Shown here in pieces: positions 18,618 to 27,494 of a DNA stretch of 59,636 nt. The notes below the pieces were generated by a model. That model worked only from the letters and a program-made list of their open reading frames with translations, was not told where the DNA came from and made no database searches. Numbering within the stretch: position 1 is the first letter of the stretch; each line of letters begins with the position of its first letter. The translations under genes and the position numbers were made by a program. The DNA is taken from NCBI GenBank assembly GCA_905236285.1, contig CAJOPN010000106.1:1-59636 (forward strand), given 5' to 3'. The stretch comes from an uncultured Selenomonadaceae bacterium. GTDB taxonomy: Bacteria > Bacillota > Negativicutes > Selenomonadales > Selenomonadaceae.

Positions 18618-20936
18618 TTAAAAATTCGCGAGTCTCAAAATTCTTTCACACAACTCCGGAAATTCAATCCCTGCAGCGGCGGCGGCATCCGGCACCAATG
18701 AGGTTTCAGTCATTCCCGGTACGCTGTTCACTTCTATTACATACGGTTCATTTTCTTCGGAAAGCATTATATCTACTCGTGCAACTCCGCTGCATTTGCA
18801 AACGTCAAATACTTTTATGGCGATTGATTGAATTTTTTCTGTCAACTCTTTTGAAATTTCCGCCGGACAAATATGTGTCGATGCTCCTTTTGTGTATTTG
18901 CTTTCATAATCGTAACGTCCCGAAACGGTTGTAATTTCAATTACCGGAAAAGCCTCCGCATGTTCGGAATTTCCCCAGACTGCTACAGTCAATTCGCGGC
19001 CTTTGATGAACTCTTCGACAATTATCTCATCACCGAATTCAAATGCCGAACGAGCCGCATATGCCAAATCAGATTTTTTTTCAACGATATAAACTCCGAT
19101 ACTTGAGCCTTGAGTCGGTGCTTTAATCACGACAGGAAATCCAAACGTTTTTTCAATATTGTCTGCAATCGTTTTACTTCTTTCTTTCGCAGTCTTACGA
19201 TATACGACAAATTTCGGTGTTGGAATATTTTTTGCATTGAAAATTCTCTTCGCCATAATTTTATCCATAGTCAACGCAGCACTTAATACGCTTGAACCTG
19301 TATAAGGAATGTCGAGCATTTCCAAAGTTCCTTGAATTAATCCGTCTTCGCCATATTTTCCGTGAAGTGCATTGAAAACTATATCGCAATCGGCCGAGCG
19401 AATTTCACTTGCAAATGTCTGCGGATTTAATTCCATTCCTTCGGCATCATATCCTTTTTGTTGAAGTGCATTTAAAATTGCTTTACCGGTTCTTCGCGAA
19501 ACTTCAGCCTCAGTTGATGTGCCTCCCATTACGACAATTATTTTTTTTCTACGTTTCAACATTTCAACCAGCGTTTCACCGACTTTATAAACGTCGCCTG
19601 CTCCCATTGTTATTACAAGATCGCCTTCTTCAACAAAATCAACGAGATAATCTGCAATCGCATCAACATTCGGAATATATGAAACGTCTTGATTTGTAGT
19701 GTCAAGAACTTCTTTCAAAATTGATTCGCCGCTTACTCCTTCAATCGCTTTTTCTCCGGCTGCATAAATATCTGTCAAAACCAAAACATCAGTTTCTTTG
19801 AAGGCGTTTCCAAATTCTTTGAGCAAAAGTTTTGTCCTTGAATAACGATGAGGTTGAAAGACACAAATTAATCTTTTGGGATTTGTTTCGCGAGCCGCCT
19901 TGAGTGTCGCCGCTATTTCCGTCGGATGATGTGCGTAATCGTCAACTATCCAAACATTTTTAACATGTCCTTTCGTCTGAAATCTGCGTTTTGCTCCGTG
20001 AAATTGTGAAAGTCCTTTGGCAATATCTTCAAAATCAACTCCGACTTGCATTGAAACCGCAATCGTTGCAAGTGCATTCAAAATATTATGTTGACCGTGA
20101 ATTTTTAAATTGATTCTTCCAAGCTCTTTTTTCTCATTAAGATTGCAGATGACATCAAAATTAATTCCTTCGGCAGTTTTTTCAATATTTTTCGCCATAT
20201 AATCCGATTCGTTTTCAATTCCGTATGAAATTATTTTACGATCTATTTTTTCCGAAAGCTCTCTCAAATTTTCATTATCGAAACAGAGAACTGCAACGCC
20301 TTTTTTCTTGCTAGTATTTTCAATGAAAGTTTTAAATGCTTTACGAATATTTTCAAGTGTTCCGTAATGATCGAGATGATCATCTTCAACATTAGTGACA
20401 ACTGAAATCATCGGCTTGAGTTTTACAAATGAGCCGTCGCTTTCATCAGCCTCCGAAACAAGCCAATCACCTTTTCCGAGAATTGCACTCGTTCCCAAAT
20501 CTGCAGATTCACCGCCGATTATAATGGTCGGATCAACATTTGCATTGAAAAGTACAAATCCGATCATTGATGTTGTCGTCGTTTTACCGTGTGCACCTGC
20601 TACTGCTATTCCTTTTTTTGAATTTAAAAGTGCCGCATTTATGTCGGAACGATGCAAAATATTCATGTTAAATTTTTTCGCCGCCGCAATTTCCGGATTA
20701 TCTTGAGGAATTGCCGAAGAAATTACTACTGCATCAATATCGTTTTGAATGTTGCTTTCATTATGTCCGATATAAATTTTTGCGCCGTGTCCGCTGAGCA
20801 TTTTAATTGTCGGTGAGTCTGCTCGATCCGATCCGCTGACTTCAAATCCCATATCAAGCAAAATTCTTGCAAGAGGACTCATTCCCGCTCCGCCTATTCC
20901 GACAAAATGAATTTTTTTAATGCCTTTCAATATCAA
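18618..20936 (-). CDS. murC/ddl: Fused UDP-N-acetylmuramate--L-alanine ligase / D-alanine--D-alanine ligase (MurC-Ddl)
   Basis: 772 aa. MurC part: GIGGAGMSPLARIL, AVAGAHGKTTTTSM, SEADESDGSF. It continues without a stop from about aa 458 (nt ~19565) into Ddl: KKIIVVMGGTSTEAEVSRRTG ... ATP-grasp ... EVNSVPGMTETSL. TTG start 7 nt after GAGGTG. Confidence 0.9.
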   Translation of the reverse strand: MILKGIKKIHFVGIGGAGMSPLARILLDMGFEVSGSDRADSPTIKMLSGHGAKIYIGHNESNIQNDIDAVVISSAIPQDNPEIAAAKKFNMNILHRSDINAALLNSKKGIAVAGAHGKTTTTSMIGFVLFNANVDPTIIIGGESADLGTSAILGKGDWLVSEADESDGSFVKLKPMISVVTNVEDDHLDHYGTLENIRKAFKTFIENTSKKKGVAVLCFDNENLRELSEKIDRKIISYGIENESDYMAKNIEKTAEGINFDVICNLNEKKELGRINLKIHGQHNILNALATIAVSMQVGVDFEDIAKGLSQFHGAKRRFQTKGHVKNVWIVDDYAHHPTEIAATLKAARETNPKRLICVFQPHRYSRTKLLLKEFGNAFKETDVLVLTDIYAAGEKAIEGVSGESILKEVLDTTNQDVSYIPNVDAIADYLVDFVEEGDLVITMGAGDVYKVGETLVEMLKRRKKIIVVMGGTSTEAEVSRRTGKAILNALQQKGYDAEGMELNPQTFASEIRSADCDIVFNALHGKYGEDGLIQGTLEMLDIPYTGSSVLSAALTMDKIMAKRIFNAKNIPTPKFVVYRKTAKERSKTIADNIEKTFGFPVVIKAPTQGSSIGVYIVEKKSDLAYAARSAFEFGDEIIVEEFIKGRELTVAVWGNSEHAEAFPVIEITTVSGRYDYESKYTKGASTHICPAEISKELTEKIQSIAIKVFDVCKCSGVARVDIMLSEENEPYVIEVNSVPGMTETSLVPDAAAAAGIEFPELCERILRLANF

Positions 20937-20958
20937 AATTTTTCACCTCTGTAAATTT

Positions 20959-21615
20959 TTATTGTTCAAACCACATTTTAAATATTTTATGAATGTCTAT
21001 CGTCAAATCTTCAAAAATCGAAACTTTTATTTTGGTTTTGATTTCGTCTTTATCTTCATCTTCATCGTCATCATCTGCTATCGAATAAATTTCATCAAGG
21101 ATAAATTTTCCTTCGACCAGATGATAAACTTCAACCGACTTATTCAGCGGATCGACTATCCAATATTCTTTTACGCCAAATTTTTCATATGAAAAAAATT
21201 TTTTTGTGCGATCATTTTTCATTGTTGCTCTTGAAAGAATTTCGACAATCAAATCAGGTGCTCCGAGAATTTTTTTGCCGTTTTTAATTTTTTCAAAATC
21301 GCAGACGACGCTGACATCAGGCATATAATGTTCCTTTTGATTGAAATAAACATCTGTGTTGTCGCCGAAAACTTCAGCTTTAATATTATTTTCTGTAATA
21401 TACTTATCAAATATAATAAGCAATCTCTTTACTATAATACTGTGAGTAAGGTTTGGTGCAGGCGACATAATAAATTTTTCTCCTCCTATAATTTCATATT
21501 TCGGCTTACCATAAATTTTTCCATCGTACATTTCAAGTTTACATTCGCCTTCACTCTCTCCATAATCAACGCCGTCATAAATAAAATGTTTCAATGCCGT
21601 CTCCATTTTATTCAC
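20959..21615 (-). CDS. Uma2 (DUF820) family PD-(D/E)xK endonuclease-like protein
   Basis: MPDVSVV ... GAPDLIVEILSRATMKNDRTKKFFSYEKFGVKEYWIVDP ... VEVYHL, with an acidic run DDDDEDEDKDE near the C-terminus. The ATG overlaps the murG stop (ATGA). Confidence 0.8.
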   Translation of the reverse strand: MNKMETALKHFIYDGVDYGESEGECKLEMYDGKIYGKPKYEIIGGEKFIMSPAPNLTHSIIVKRLLIIFDKYITENNIKAEVFGDNTDVYFNQKEHYMPDVSVVCDFEKIKNGKKILGAPDLIVEILSRATMKNDRTKKFFSYEKFGVKEYWIVDPLNKSVEVYHLVEGKFILDEIYSIADDDDEDEDKDEIKTKIKVSIFEDLTIDIHKIFKMWFEQ

Positions 21616-22724
21616 TCCCTTGCAAGATTCAAAATCATTTCTGAAATTTCTTCTGCTGCTTTAGGTCGTCCGAGATTTTTGCTTGCGACTGACATTTTTT
21701 TCAATTCATCGGGATTTTTTAAAAGTTCATCAATTGTCTTTTGAAGAATTTCGGAATTTAAATCTTGATTCAGAATCATTCGAGCAGCTCCGGCATCAAC
21801 CAATGCTTGAGCGTTATATTCCTGATGATTTTCTGCGGCGTAAGGATAAGGAATCAAAATTGACGGAATACCTCGTGCAGTAAGTTCGGCAAGACCTGTT
21901 GCACCTGCTCTGAAAATTGCAAGATCAGACATTGCCATTGCTTGAGGCATATTATAAAGATACGGTTCGACACGAATATTTTTAAAATTTTTTATGTCAA
22001 TTCCCGCCTCGTTAAGTCGATTCATTACATCATCAAATTCACCTTTGCCGGTTACATGCAGATATTGTGCAGTCGGATTTTTCGCAGCATTAATTAAAAC
22101 ATCAATCATTGCACGATTTATACTTCTTGCTCCGCGACTTCCTCCGCTTATTAAAATTACAGGCAACTCATCAACAAAATTAAAATGCTTTAGTCCTTCT
22201 TCGCGAGTTCCTTTTAAAACTTCAGAGCGAATCGGATTGCCGGTATAAATTGTTTTCTCCTCAGGAAAATGTTTTAATGCTACTTCACAGCCGACTGCAA
22301 TTTTGGTGACGAATTTTGAAAGAATTTTATTTGTAATTCCCGCGACAACATTTTGCTCTTGAATGAGAGTAGGAACTTTTAAAAGACTTGCTGCAAGAAG
22401 AATCGGACCGCATACATAACCGCCTGTTCCGACAACAACATTCGGCTTAAAATTTTTGATAACTTTCATTGCTTTTTTGACGCTCAAAATTGCATTTGCC
22501 GCACGTTTGAAATTTGACAATGTGAAATGTCTTTCAAATCCTCCTGCCAAATCCAACGCAAAAAATGGAATATTTTCCTTCGGTATGATGTCGGATTCAA
22601 GTCCTTGACGAGTTCCGACGTAAAGAAATTCCGTTTCAGAATTTTTTTCTTGAATCATTCTTATCAGCGTCAACGCAGGATATATATGTCCTCCTGTGCC
22701 TCCGCCGCTTACTATGATTTTTAT
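21612..22724 (-). CDS. murG: Undecaprenyldiphospho-muramoylpentapeptide beta-N-acetylglucosaminyltransferase MurG, apparently starting at ATA
   Basis: The track ORF starts at TTG 22673. The in-frame upstream codons read TAA|ATA AAA ATC ATA GTA AGC GGC GGA GGC ACA GGA GGA CAT = (I)KIIVSGGGTGGH, the conserved MurG N-terminal G-loop. AGAGGAG SD (22740-22734) lies 9 nt upstream of ATA 22724-22722. No ATG, GTG or TTG is available after the in-frame TAA. Confidence 0.8.
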   Translation of the reverse strand: MKIIVSGGGTGGHIYPALTLIRMIQEKNSETEFLYVGTRQGLESDIIPKENIPFFALDLAGGFERHFTLSNFKRAANAILSVKKAMKVIKNFKPNVVVGTGGYVCGPILLAASLLKVPTLIQEQNVVAGITNKILSKFVTKIAVGCEVALKHFPEEKTIYTGNPIRSEVLKGTREEGLKHFNFVDELPVILISGGSRGARSINRAMIDVLINAAKNPTAQYLHVTGKGEFDDVMNRLNEAGIDIKNFKNIRVEPYLYNMPQAMAMSDLAIFRAGATGLAELTARGIPSILIPYPYAAENHQEYNAQALVDAGAARMILNQDLNSEILQKTIDELLKNPDELKKMSVASKNLGRPKAAEEISEMILNLARE

Positions 22725-22788
22725 TTAAATCAACTCCTCTTACTTTAATATCTGTAAAATGCGCCTTCAATTAACTCACTCAATTCTT

Positions 22789-23670
22789 TTACTGCTTTTG
22801 CTTCATAGAAACCTCTTTAATTTGTTTTAATTCTTCAGCCGTGAATTGATATTTTTGTCCGCAAAATTGACAGCTTACCTCTGCATGACCGTCATCAATC
22901 AAACTTTGCAAATCATCACGGCTTAAACTCATTAAAACTTCTTCAATTCTTTGTCGATTGCAATGACATCTGAATTTTAAATAAGTCGTTTTCAAAAATT
23001 TTACATTGAGACCTTCGCAAATTTTTAAAATAATTTCGTTCGTATCAAGACCGTCTGCAATTAAATCTGTTACTGAATTTATATTTTTCAAATTATTTTC
23101 GAGTGTTTCAATAACTTCATCGCTTACATTCGGCAACGGCTGAACAAAAAAACCTCCTGCGGCTTTCACGCTGAAATCTTTATCAATCAAAACTCCCAAT
23201 CCGATACTTGAAGGAGTCTGTTCCGAAACGTAAAGATAATTTATCAAGTCGTCTGCAATTTCACCTGATACAATTTCACAACTGCCGGTAATATTTTTTT
23301 TTAGACCTGTGAAACGTGTAACGGTTAGCAATCCGTTTTTGCCTACTCCTCCTGCGACATCAATTTTTCCTTTCGAGTTGAGAGACAAATTTACTTTTGG
23401 ATTTTCAACATAACCGCGAGTAAATCCTTCAGGAACTGCATCGGCAACAATTTTTCCGAGTGGTCCGCCGCCTTGAATTGAAATTGTAATAGCCTCATCA
23501 TTTTTTAAATTCGCCGCAAAAAGTAATGCACCTGTCATAGTTCGACCAAGTGCCGCAGCTGCAGTCGGATAACATTCGTGACGTTTGACTGCCTCGCCGA
23601 CCAAATTCGTCGTTATCGCTGAAAATATTCTTACTCCTTCAGCCGTCGCTTTCACTAAATTATCTTTCAT
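22789..23670 (-). CDS. hslO: Redox-regulated chaperone Hsp33
   Basis: 293 aa with C-terminal zinc switch CHCNRQR ... CQFCGQKY. Confidence 0.92.
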   Translation of the reverse strand: MKDNLVKATAEGVRIFSAITTNLVGEAVKRHECYPTAAAALGRTMTGALLFAANLKNDEAITISIQGGGPLGKIVADAVPEGFTRGYVENPKVNLSLNSKGKIDVAGGVGKNGLLTVTRFTGLKKNITGSCEIVSGEIADDLINYLYVSEQTPSSIGLGVLIDKDFSVKAAGGFFVQPLPNVSDEVIETLENNLKNINSVTDLIADGLDTNEIILKICEGLNVKFLKTTYLKFRCHCNRQRIEEVLMSLSRDDLQSLIDDGHAEVSCQFCGQKYQFTAEELKQIKEVSMKQKQ

Positions 23671-23757
23671 AAAAATTTTTTTACCTCACAAAACTTTTTC
23701 ATAAAAATTTTATTTATTTGAGTTTAATATTTGCAACAATATTTGTCAACAGAAACA

Positions 23758-23787
23758 TTGCACATTATTATATATTTGTGATAAAAT
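23758..23787 (+). promoter_or_regulatory. Promoter candidate (extended -10) for the XpaC/TelA module
   Basis: TTGCAC (23758-23763), 18-nt spacer, TGaTAAAAT (23779-23787). GGAGGTG SD lies before TTG 23814. Confidence 0.45.
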
Positions 23788-23813
23788 CAATTTAAACTCG
23801 GAGGTGTTTTGAA

Positions 23814-24839
23814 TTGAAAATTTTTAAAATAATATTTGCATTGATGATGATAATTTTCGGCGGAGCAATGGCGGACGATTTTTTTTCGTTGGGAACATTA
23901 ATTTTAATCGGAGGAGTTTTAATCGGCGGTCATTCAATTTATGAATTGAGAAAGAAAGATGATATTCCGCGACTTTCATTGAAAGATATTGACGAGGAAA
24001 AAGTTCAACTGCTCAGCGAAAATTTTGATAAAGCTGTGACGGATTACAGATATTTAAAATCAATGCAAGGCAATCTCAGCGACAAGGAAATGAATAATCA
24101 TCTTGACAGAATGCAGAGAACGGCGAAAAATTTAATTCTGCATTTGGAAAAACATCCCGAGAGAATACCTTCAGCATTTAAATTTATTGACTATTATCAA
24201 GATCGTGCAGTCAAAATAGTTCAGCAGTATCAAGATTTGGAAGAAACGGAATTGACTACCGAAAAAGTACGTGAATTAAAAGAAAGAATGAAATCAACTT
24301 TTGCCTCACTCGACGAGGCTTATACCGAACAATTTGAAAAAGTTTTGAATGAACAAATGCTTTCGGTTGATGCAGAATTGAAAGTCATGGAGCAGCAGCT
24401 TGACGCAGAAGGAATAAAAATTTCTAAAAAAGAATCAGATCCGCTCAAAATTGATGAAATTGATCTTGGTGAACTTGATGAAAATGGAAATGTTATTTAT
24501 AATCCTTACAACAAACAAATTGGAAGAAAACATCGACCAAAATACGGCAGACCCATAATGGATTTAAATAATTTGACGATAATTCCAGAAGGCAAACGTG
24601 CAATGGTAATTCAAAAAAAAATGATTCAATCGATACTTGCAATATTTTTCGGAGCACTTGGTGCACATAAATTTTATCAAGGTAAAACTGCATCAGGATT
24701 TTTCAGATTAATATTATCCTTGACTTTCGTGATGATGCCGCTGATGTCATTCATCGGATTTTGTGAAGGAATACGTTATCTTTTCATGTCGATTGATGAT
24801 TTTTATTTGCAATATGTTGATGATGAAAACGACAAATAA
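23814..24839 (+). CDS. Membrane protein: XpaC-like region fused to a C-terminal TM2 domain
   Basis: Two N-terminal TM helices. A helical region resembles XpaC (HLEKHPERIPSAFKFIDYYQDRAVKIVQQYQDL). The C-terminal TM2 motif is ILAIFFGALGAHKFYQGKTASGFFRLIL. It sits directly upstream of telA, as in the Bacillus xpaC-yaaN pair. Confidence 0.65.
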   Translation: MKIFKIIFALMMIIFGGAMADDFFSLGTLILIGGVLIGGHSIYELRKKDDIPRLSLKDIDEEKVQLLSENFDKAVTDYRYLKSMQGNLSDKEMNNHLDRMQRTAKNLILHLEKHPERIPSAFKFIDYYQDRAVKIVQQYQDLEETELTTEKVRELKERMKSTFASLDEAYTEQFEKVLNEQMLSVDAELKVMEQQLDAEGIKISKKESDPLKIDEIDLGELDENGNVIYNPYNKQIGRKHRPKYGRPIMDLNNLTIIPEGKRAMVIQKKMIQSILAIFFGALGAHKFYQGKTASGFFRLILSLTFVMMPLMSFIGFCEGIRYLFMSIDDFYLQYVDDENDK

Positions 24840-24865
24840 TTTTTAAAATTTGGAGGTAATTTCAA

Positions 24866-26014
24866 ATGGCAGAAATAAATTTAGAAGATCTAATGAAAAA
24901 TAAAGCGAAGGAAGAATCAACCGAAGTGACAGTAATTCCCGAAAAAGAAATTGCAAAAGTCACTCAGCAGGTTGAAACTCTTACGCCGGAAGAACAAAGA
25001 AAAGTGCAGTCGATCAAAGACAATATTGATATGATGGATTCAAGCACGCCGTTGAAATTCGGAGTGGAAGCGCAAAAGGAAATAAAACAATTTTCGGAAA
25101 GTGTTTTATCAAAAGTAAGAAGTAAAGACAGCGGACAAGTCGGAGAACTTTTAAATGATTTGGTCGGCAAAGTTCGTTCATTCAACGTTAGCGAGAAAAA
25201 AAGTTTTCTGGAAAACATTCCTTTTTTAAGTGGACTCGTAAACAAAGCACAGGATATTAAATCAGGTTACGATAAATTATCAACTCAAGTTGACATCATT
25301 GAACAAGGTTTGGAACGTTCAAAAGTAAAATTGATGGAAGATATAGTTATGTTCGATACACTCTATCAAAAAAATTTGGGATATTTTAAAGATTTACAAT
25401 TATACATTCGAGCCGGCGAAGAAAAATTGCAGGAAATGAGAGACGTAACGATGCCGAAATTGAAAGCACAGGCGGCGGCATCAAATGAACCTATGGCGGT
25501 GCAAGTCGTCAGCGATTTTGAACAGAGTGTGGATCGTTTTGAAAAAAGACTTCACGATTTAAAAATAAGTAAGACATTGGCAATTCAACAGGCACCTCAA
25601 ATAAGATTGATACAAAACAATGACAGATTGCTCGTCGACAGAGTGCAGGCAGCAATTTATCACACGATACCGCTTTGGAAAAATCAACTTGTAATAGCAC
25701 TCGGATTGCAAAGTCAGCAGGAGACGATAAAATTACAAAGAGCCGTAAGCGATGCGACGAATGATCTTTTAAAAAGAAACGCGGAAATGTTAAAACAAAA
25801 TACGATTGAAACGGCGAAAGAAAATGAACGCGGAATTGTGGACATAGACACAGTTAAAAAAGTCAACGAAGATTTAATTTCTACGATAGAAGAGACGGTA
25901 AGAATACAGGAGGACGGACGAAAAAAACGAGCAGACGCAGAAAAAGAACTTATTGCAATAGAAGGACGTTTGAAGGACGCATTGCTCAAAAACAGCGAGA
26001 GATTTCCGAAGTAA
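24866..26014 (+). CDS. telA: TelA / toxic anion resistance family protein (YaaN-like)
   Basis: 382-aa all-helical protein. LTPEEQRKVQSIKDNIDMMDSST ... FGVEAQKEI ... GELLNDL ... is typical of TelA N-terminal segments. Call from memory of the family. Confidence 0.8.
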   Translation: MAEINLEDLMKNKAKEESTEVTVIPEKEIAKVTQQVETLTPEEQRKVQSIKDNIDMMDSSTPLKFGVEAQKEIKQFSESVLSKVRSKDSGQVGELLNDLVGKVRSFNVSEKKSFLENIPFLSGLVNKAQDIKSGYDKLSTQVDIIEQGLERSKVKLMEDIVMFDTLYQKNLGYFKDLQLYIRAGEEKLQEMRDVTMPKLKAQAAASNEPMAVQVVSDFEQSVDRFEKRLHDLKISKTLAIQQAPQIRLIQNNDRLLVDRVQAAIYHTIPLWKNQLVIALGLQSQQETIKLQRAVSDATNDLLKRNAEMLKQNTIETAKENERGIVDIDTVKKVNEDLISTIEETVRIQEDGRKKRADAEKELIAIEGRLKDALLKNSERFPK

Positions 26015-26037
26015 AAAATTTTTGTGAGGTGAAAAAT

Positions 26038-26658
26038 ATGTTGAGGAAAATTTTTTTGACAAATATTTTTCTGTTGATGATTTTTATAATTTCAAATTCA
26101 ACATATGCCGCAACTGCACCACCGATTAACGAATATTATTTTTCATGCAAGAGACTTGTAAATTACAAAGGAAATGCCGAAATTTTCGATCACAAAATAT
26201 ATTATTTCAGCGAAGGTGAAAATAAATGTCTTGTGTTTATATGTCACGGTTCGGTTGACAGCAACGGAAATTATTGTGCGTGGCTTTTTGGAAAACCTCG
26301 TCAAGATTACGCGCAGGCAATCGCGGAGACGATAGCATATTGGACGAAGAACGGATATTTAAATTGCGGAGCATATAATTATATTTTTATGAGTAGTTGT
26401 CATCAAGGTTACGCACCGAAACAAACGCGAATGCCGGTATTTGATATTGATATAGCGATGGCGAGCAGGTGCAAAGGTTTGACGTATCATTCCGAAGAAT
26501 TTGATGCAAACGGAAATGTAATTAAATTGGCATTGTGGCGGGACAATGATTCATCAGCGGATTTGAATAAACAATCGACAAATGTTTCAAATACTTCCAA
26601 AGGCGAAAATTTAAGATATGCGACCGATGACGAGAAAGCAAAATTGATTGTGAATTGA
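26038..26658 (+). CDS. Exported Cys-rich hypothetical protein
   Basis: Signal peptide MLRKIFLTNIFLLMIFIISNSTYA/A. GAGGTG lies 6 nt before ATG 26038. Eight cysteines in the mature part (e.g. KCLVFICHGS, SSCHQGY). No family recognised. Confidence 0.65.
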   Translation: MLRKIFLTNIFLLMIFIISNSTYAATAPPINEYYFSCKRLVNYKGNAEIFDHKIYYFSEGENKCLVFICHGSVDSNGNYCAWLFGKPRQDYAQAIAETIAYWTKNGYLNCGAYNYIFMSSCHQGYAPKQTRMPVFDIDIAMASRCKGLTYHSEEFDANGNVIKLALWRDNDSSADLNKQSTNVSNTSKGENLRYATDDEKAKLIVN

Positions 26659-26844
26659 GAATTAAAATAAAAAATGAAATGAAAACGTGTGAAAATTTAT
26701 TCATGCGTTTTTTTATTTTCAGAAACAATTTATAAAAAGTTTAAACTTTATTTAAAAAATTGTAAAAAGAATGAAATAAACTTAGTAAAAGAATTTTTGA
26801 GCGAGGCGATTATAAAAAGAAATTTTTCGGAGAGGTGGTATTTT

Positions 26845-27468
26845 ATGATTGTCAGATTGCAGGAAGGTCAAGGAATTGATCTTAAAGATGAAAACGGCGT
26901 TGAAATGGATAATGTTAAAATTAAATTGGGCTGGAGAGTGCCGGGTAATCCGAGCGGAATGTGGTTTGCGAATTTTTTTGAACAAAATGTTGTTGAGTGC
27001 AATGCTTATATGTTGATGTGTCAGGACTCTTCGATGATTGATGATGAGGATGTCATAAGTTATTGCAATCCTGAACATGATTCAAAATCCGTGCGTTATC
27101 TTGGAAAGTGTCTGAATGAACGCGGTAAAGTTTCTGAATTGATGTCAATCAATCTTGAAAAAGTTCCGTTGAAGTATGACAGCATAGTTTTCATGGCTGA
27201 TATTGACAGGACGAGTGATTTAAATCAACATTTCGGCATGATAAAAGATGCTTACATTCAAATTATTGAAGGCAGCAGTAATCAAAAATTTTGTCAGTAT
27301 GATTTGACAGAAGAATATGACGGCGTAATTTCATTGGTATTCGGGATAATGTTTCGCAATGATGAAGGTTGGAAATTTATGGCACTCGGCGAAGGTAGCA
27401 GAGAAGAATTTGGTTACATGATAAAACAAATCCGGGATTTTGAACTTTCAAATGCAATAGCACTTTAA
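26845..27468 (+). CDS. Divergent TerD-domain protein lacking the canonical acidic Ca-binding motifs
   Basis: MIVRLQEGQGIDLKD...VKIKLGWR... follows the TerD pattern (KGQ.i.L ... vgLgWd). GGAGAGGTGG SD lies 6 nt before ATG 26845. The track ORF start 26689 adds 52 implausible residues. The DLD and GDNxTGxGxGDDE positions read ECN and GKCLNERGKVSE. Confidence 0.7.
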   Translation: MIVRLQEGQGIDLKDENGVEMDNVKIKLGWRVPGNPSGMWFANFFEQNVVECNAYMLMCQDSSMIDDEDVISYCNPEHDSKSVRYLGKCLNERGKVSELMSINLEKVPLKYDSIVFMADIDRTSDLNQHFGMIKDAYIQIIEGSSNQKFCQYDLTEEYDGVISLVFGIMFRNDEGWKFMALGEGSREEFGYMIKQIRDFELSNAIAL

Positions 27469-27494
27469 GATTTTTTTAAAAGCGAAAAAAATTT

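Noticed and set aside
18605-18934. 109-aa plus-strand ORF overlapping the 3' end of murC-ddl
   Set aside because: It is fully antisense to the Ddl ATP-grasp region, with no SD and no family resemblance.
21328-21744. 138-aa plus-strand ORF spanning the Uma2/murG junction
   Set aside because: It is antisense to two well-supported genes and has a low-complexity hydrophobic sequence.
26689-26844. N-terminal 52 codons of track ORF 26689..27468
   Set aside because: They are low-complexity and A/T-driven, with no SD. The TerD-like homology starts exactly at ATG 26845, which has a GGAGAGGTGG SD. The stretch is treated as 5' leader or intergenic.
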